Shown piece after piece: positions 62,112 through 64,000 of a DNA stretch of 64,000 nucleotides. Position 1 is the first letter of the stretch; every line of letters starts with the position of its first letter. The stretch is from the human T2T-CHM13v2.0 reference genome, Homo sapiens: assembly GCF_009914755.1 (NCBI RefSeq), contig NC_060937.1. One strand, 5' to 3'. The notes under the pieces are model-generated. The model was not told the DNA's origin. It did not search any database and was given only the letters and a program-made list of their open reading frames with translations. The position numbers and the translations under genes were made by a program.

Positions 62112-62394
62112 CTAAGACATTACTTTTAGCTCAGCATTTCTTGGATGCCCAGGCAAAAGTATGGATGCATAAAATTAGATAATCCCTACAGTCTTATGGA
62201 ATGTGGCTTTTGCTGGCCAAGCCTCTCTCGCTTACCACAGTGCAACTTCAAGAATTAATATATTCAAAAAAGGCCTGGAATTTCCAAACAACATTCTTAT
62301 TAAGGGTAAGTAGAAGTCGGAGTAGAAAGAATGTCTGGAATTTAATGAGTGTGTACTTTGTTCTGATACCTGTTTTTAAAAATGAGCACATGTG

Positions 62395-62560
62395 ATTTCA
62401 TTTAATATTCTTAATAATTCTATAAAATAGATATTATTTATCTTCCATTTCTGAATGACTAAAATAAGAAACGTAACCAAATTCACAGTCATTCAAATAT
62501 TTATGTCCAGGATTGGAATCCAGGTCCGTCTGATGCCAAAGCCCATGGTTTTTCCATTCC
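62395..62560 (-). mobile_element. MIR
   Basis: 'attattatcttccattt...ggattggaatccaggtccgtctgatgccaaagccc'. Confidence 0.7.
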
Positions 62561-62916
62561 AACATCCACCTACCTTGCCTACCCCAGCGCACCAAGTAAA
62601 CAAGTGATCAGATAGACCAAAAAATGTCTAAGCAAGTCTAAGTCACTATTTAAAAAAGTGTGTTTGACTTCATTCACTTTGCCTTCGTGGGGAGCTCTTC
62701 TGGGCTGTTTTCTCATTGACTACTGGTTTTGTCTCTCATCTCCCTGAGATTTTCATCTTGGATATTTTTTCCCTAGCTTTTTGAGAATTCAAAGGAAGCA
62801 TATGTATCTTAATATGCAGAATACAGAAATTCTCAGTAGGACATGCATTATTTCAGTAGAAAAAAAGAAAGCAGCAGATTGCAGTTTATTTCTCTTTGTA
62901 TCTTTACTCCCCATCT

Positions 62917-62918
<2 letters not shown>

Positions 62919-62958
<40 letters not shown>
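62919..62958. repeat. (GT)20 microsatellite
   Basis: Perfect dinucleotide run. Confidence 0.98.
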
Positions 62959-62959
<1 letters not shown>

Positions 62960-63499
62960 CGGAGGCTAGACTGCCTTACCCAGTTGTGGCTTTTTTGGTG
63001 GTTGTTATTTTGTTTCCTTTCTTTCTGGGTGCAGGTGAATTTCTAGCCTATTTGCCTTTTGAAGAGTCTCGCATAAGCCATCAACACACCTTCACCTTCC
63101 ACCCATCACAGTTACCTCCTCACAGGGGAACCCACACAGTGACAACAGCTGAGTCAAAACCATCTGCTAGATCTTTCATGTCTACCCACACTTTCAATAG
63201 CATAGTATTACCTCTGCTATCTGATAAAAAGTGGTATTATCATAGCCTAATGGAAAACGATGTTCTTTCCAACAGCGCTTCTACCAAAGCTCCAGAAAGT
63301 GTATGTTGATCCGTAAAAGTACTGGAAATGCTGTTTAGATTTAAAACCATTCAGGGCTCCCTGCAAGTTTGGTAAAAGGCTCTATGCTTTCTTTGCATTA
63401 TTCCAGTAATTATTGTGACTAAATATTCACCTACTTGAATAACTCAAGATAGAAGGGCAAAGATTTACTGAGCCCAGTGGCAATGATGAAGCTATGGCC

Positions 63500-64000
63500 T
63501 GGGATAAAATATTTGCAACACATACATCAAACAAAAGTCTTGCATGTAGAATACAAAAAACAAAACAAAAACCCCTTAAACTGGAAAATAAAACAACAAC
63601 AAGCAAAATGGGAAAAAGATTTGAAGAGACACTTCACAGGAGAAGATGTAGGAATGACTGGTAAGCAGGAAAGACGATGCTCAACATTGTTAACCATCAG
63701 GGACATCTCAGTGGAAACCGTGATGAAGTACCCCTGTATACTCAATAAGATGGCTGTTAGGAAAAAGACCCAGTGTTGGTGAGGATGTAGAAACTGGAAT
63801 GTTCCTACAGTGTTGTGGGAATGTACAAGGGAACAGCCAAGCTGAAAAGATGTTAGCGGTTTCTTAAAAAGTTAAACCTACACCAATACATAATTCAAGC
63901 CTCTTCCACTCCTTGGTATTTACCCAGGAGAAATGAAAGCCATGTTCATACAAAGACTCTTACATTCTCATAGCAGCATGGCTCATTGCAATGGACATGC
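63500..64000 (+). mobile_element. Old L1M ORF2 3' fragment, runs off the window
   Basis: ORF 63477-63782 KWEKDLKRHFTGED...RCSTLLTIR; 'ccactccttggtatttacccaggagaaatgaaa'. Confidence 0.85.

Overview
Primate (human or great-ape type) non-coding genomic DNA, intronic or intergenic, dominated by interspersed repeats. I can support no host protein-coding exon, RNA gene or CRISPR array. The only ORFs with recognisable protein similarity are broken LINE-1 ORF1/ORF2/ORF0 pieces and translated Alu or microsatellite sequence. Main landmarks: (i) a full-length, inactive L1PA4/5-type LINE-1 (49376-55509, minus) nested in an older L1PA fragment, itself nested in an old L1M, with both target-site duplications (TSDs) intact; (ii) a complete CpG-rich solo LTR12C (60684-62111); (iii) a four-level LTR/DNA-transposon nest at 14247-17613; (iv) about a dozen Alus and many MIR, L2 and L1M relics; (v) several repeat-free, motif-rich blocks that are candidate enhancers. 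The most unusual item is a ~130-bp inverted copy of local sequence (7409-7541) inserted into an AluJ ~450 bp away, with 12-bp fold-back ends. I found no evidence of a new biological system. Repeat subfamily names come from recalled consensus sequences and boundaries of old repeats are approximate; RepeatMasker/Dfam should confirm them.
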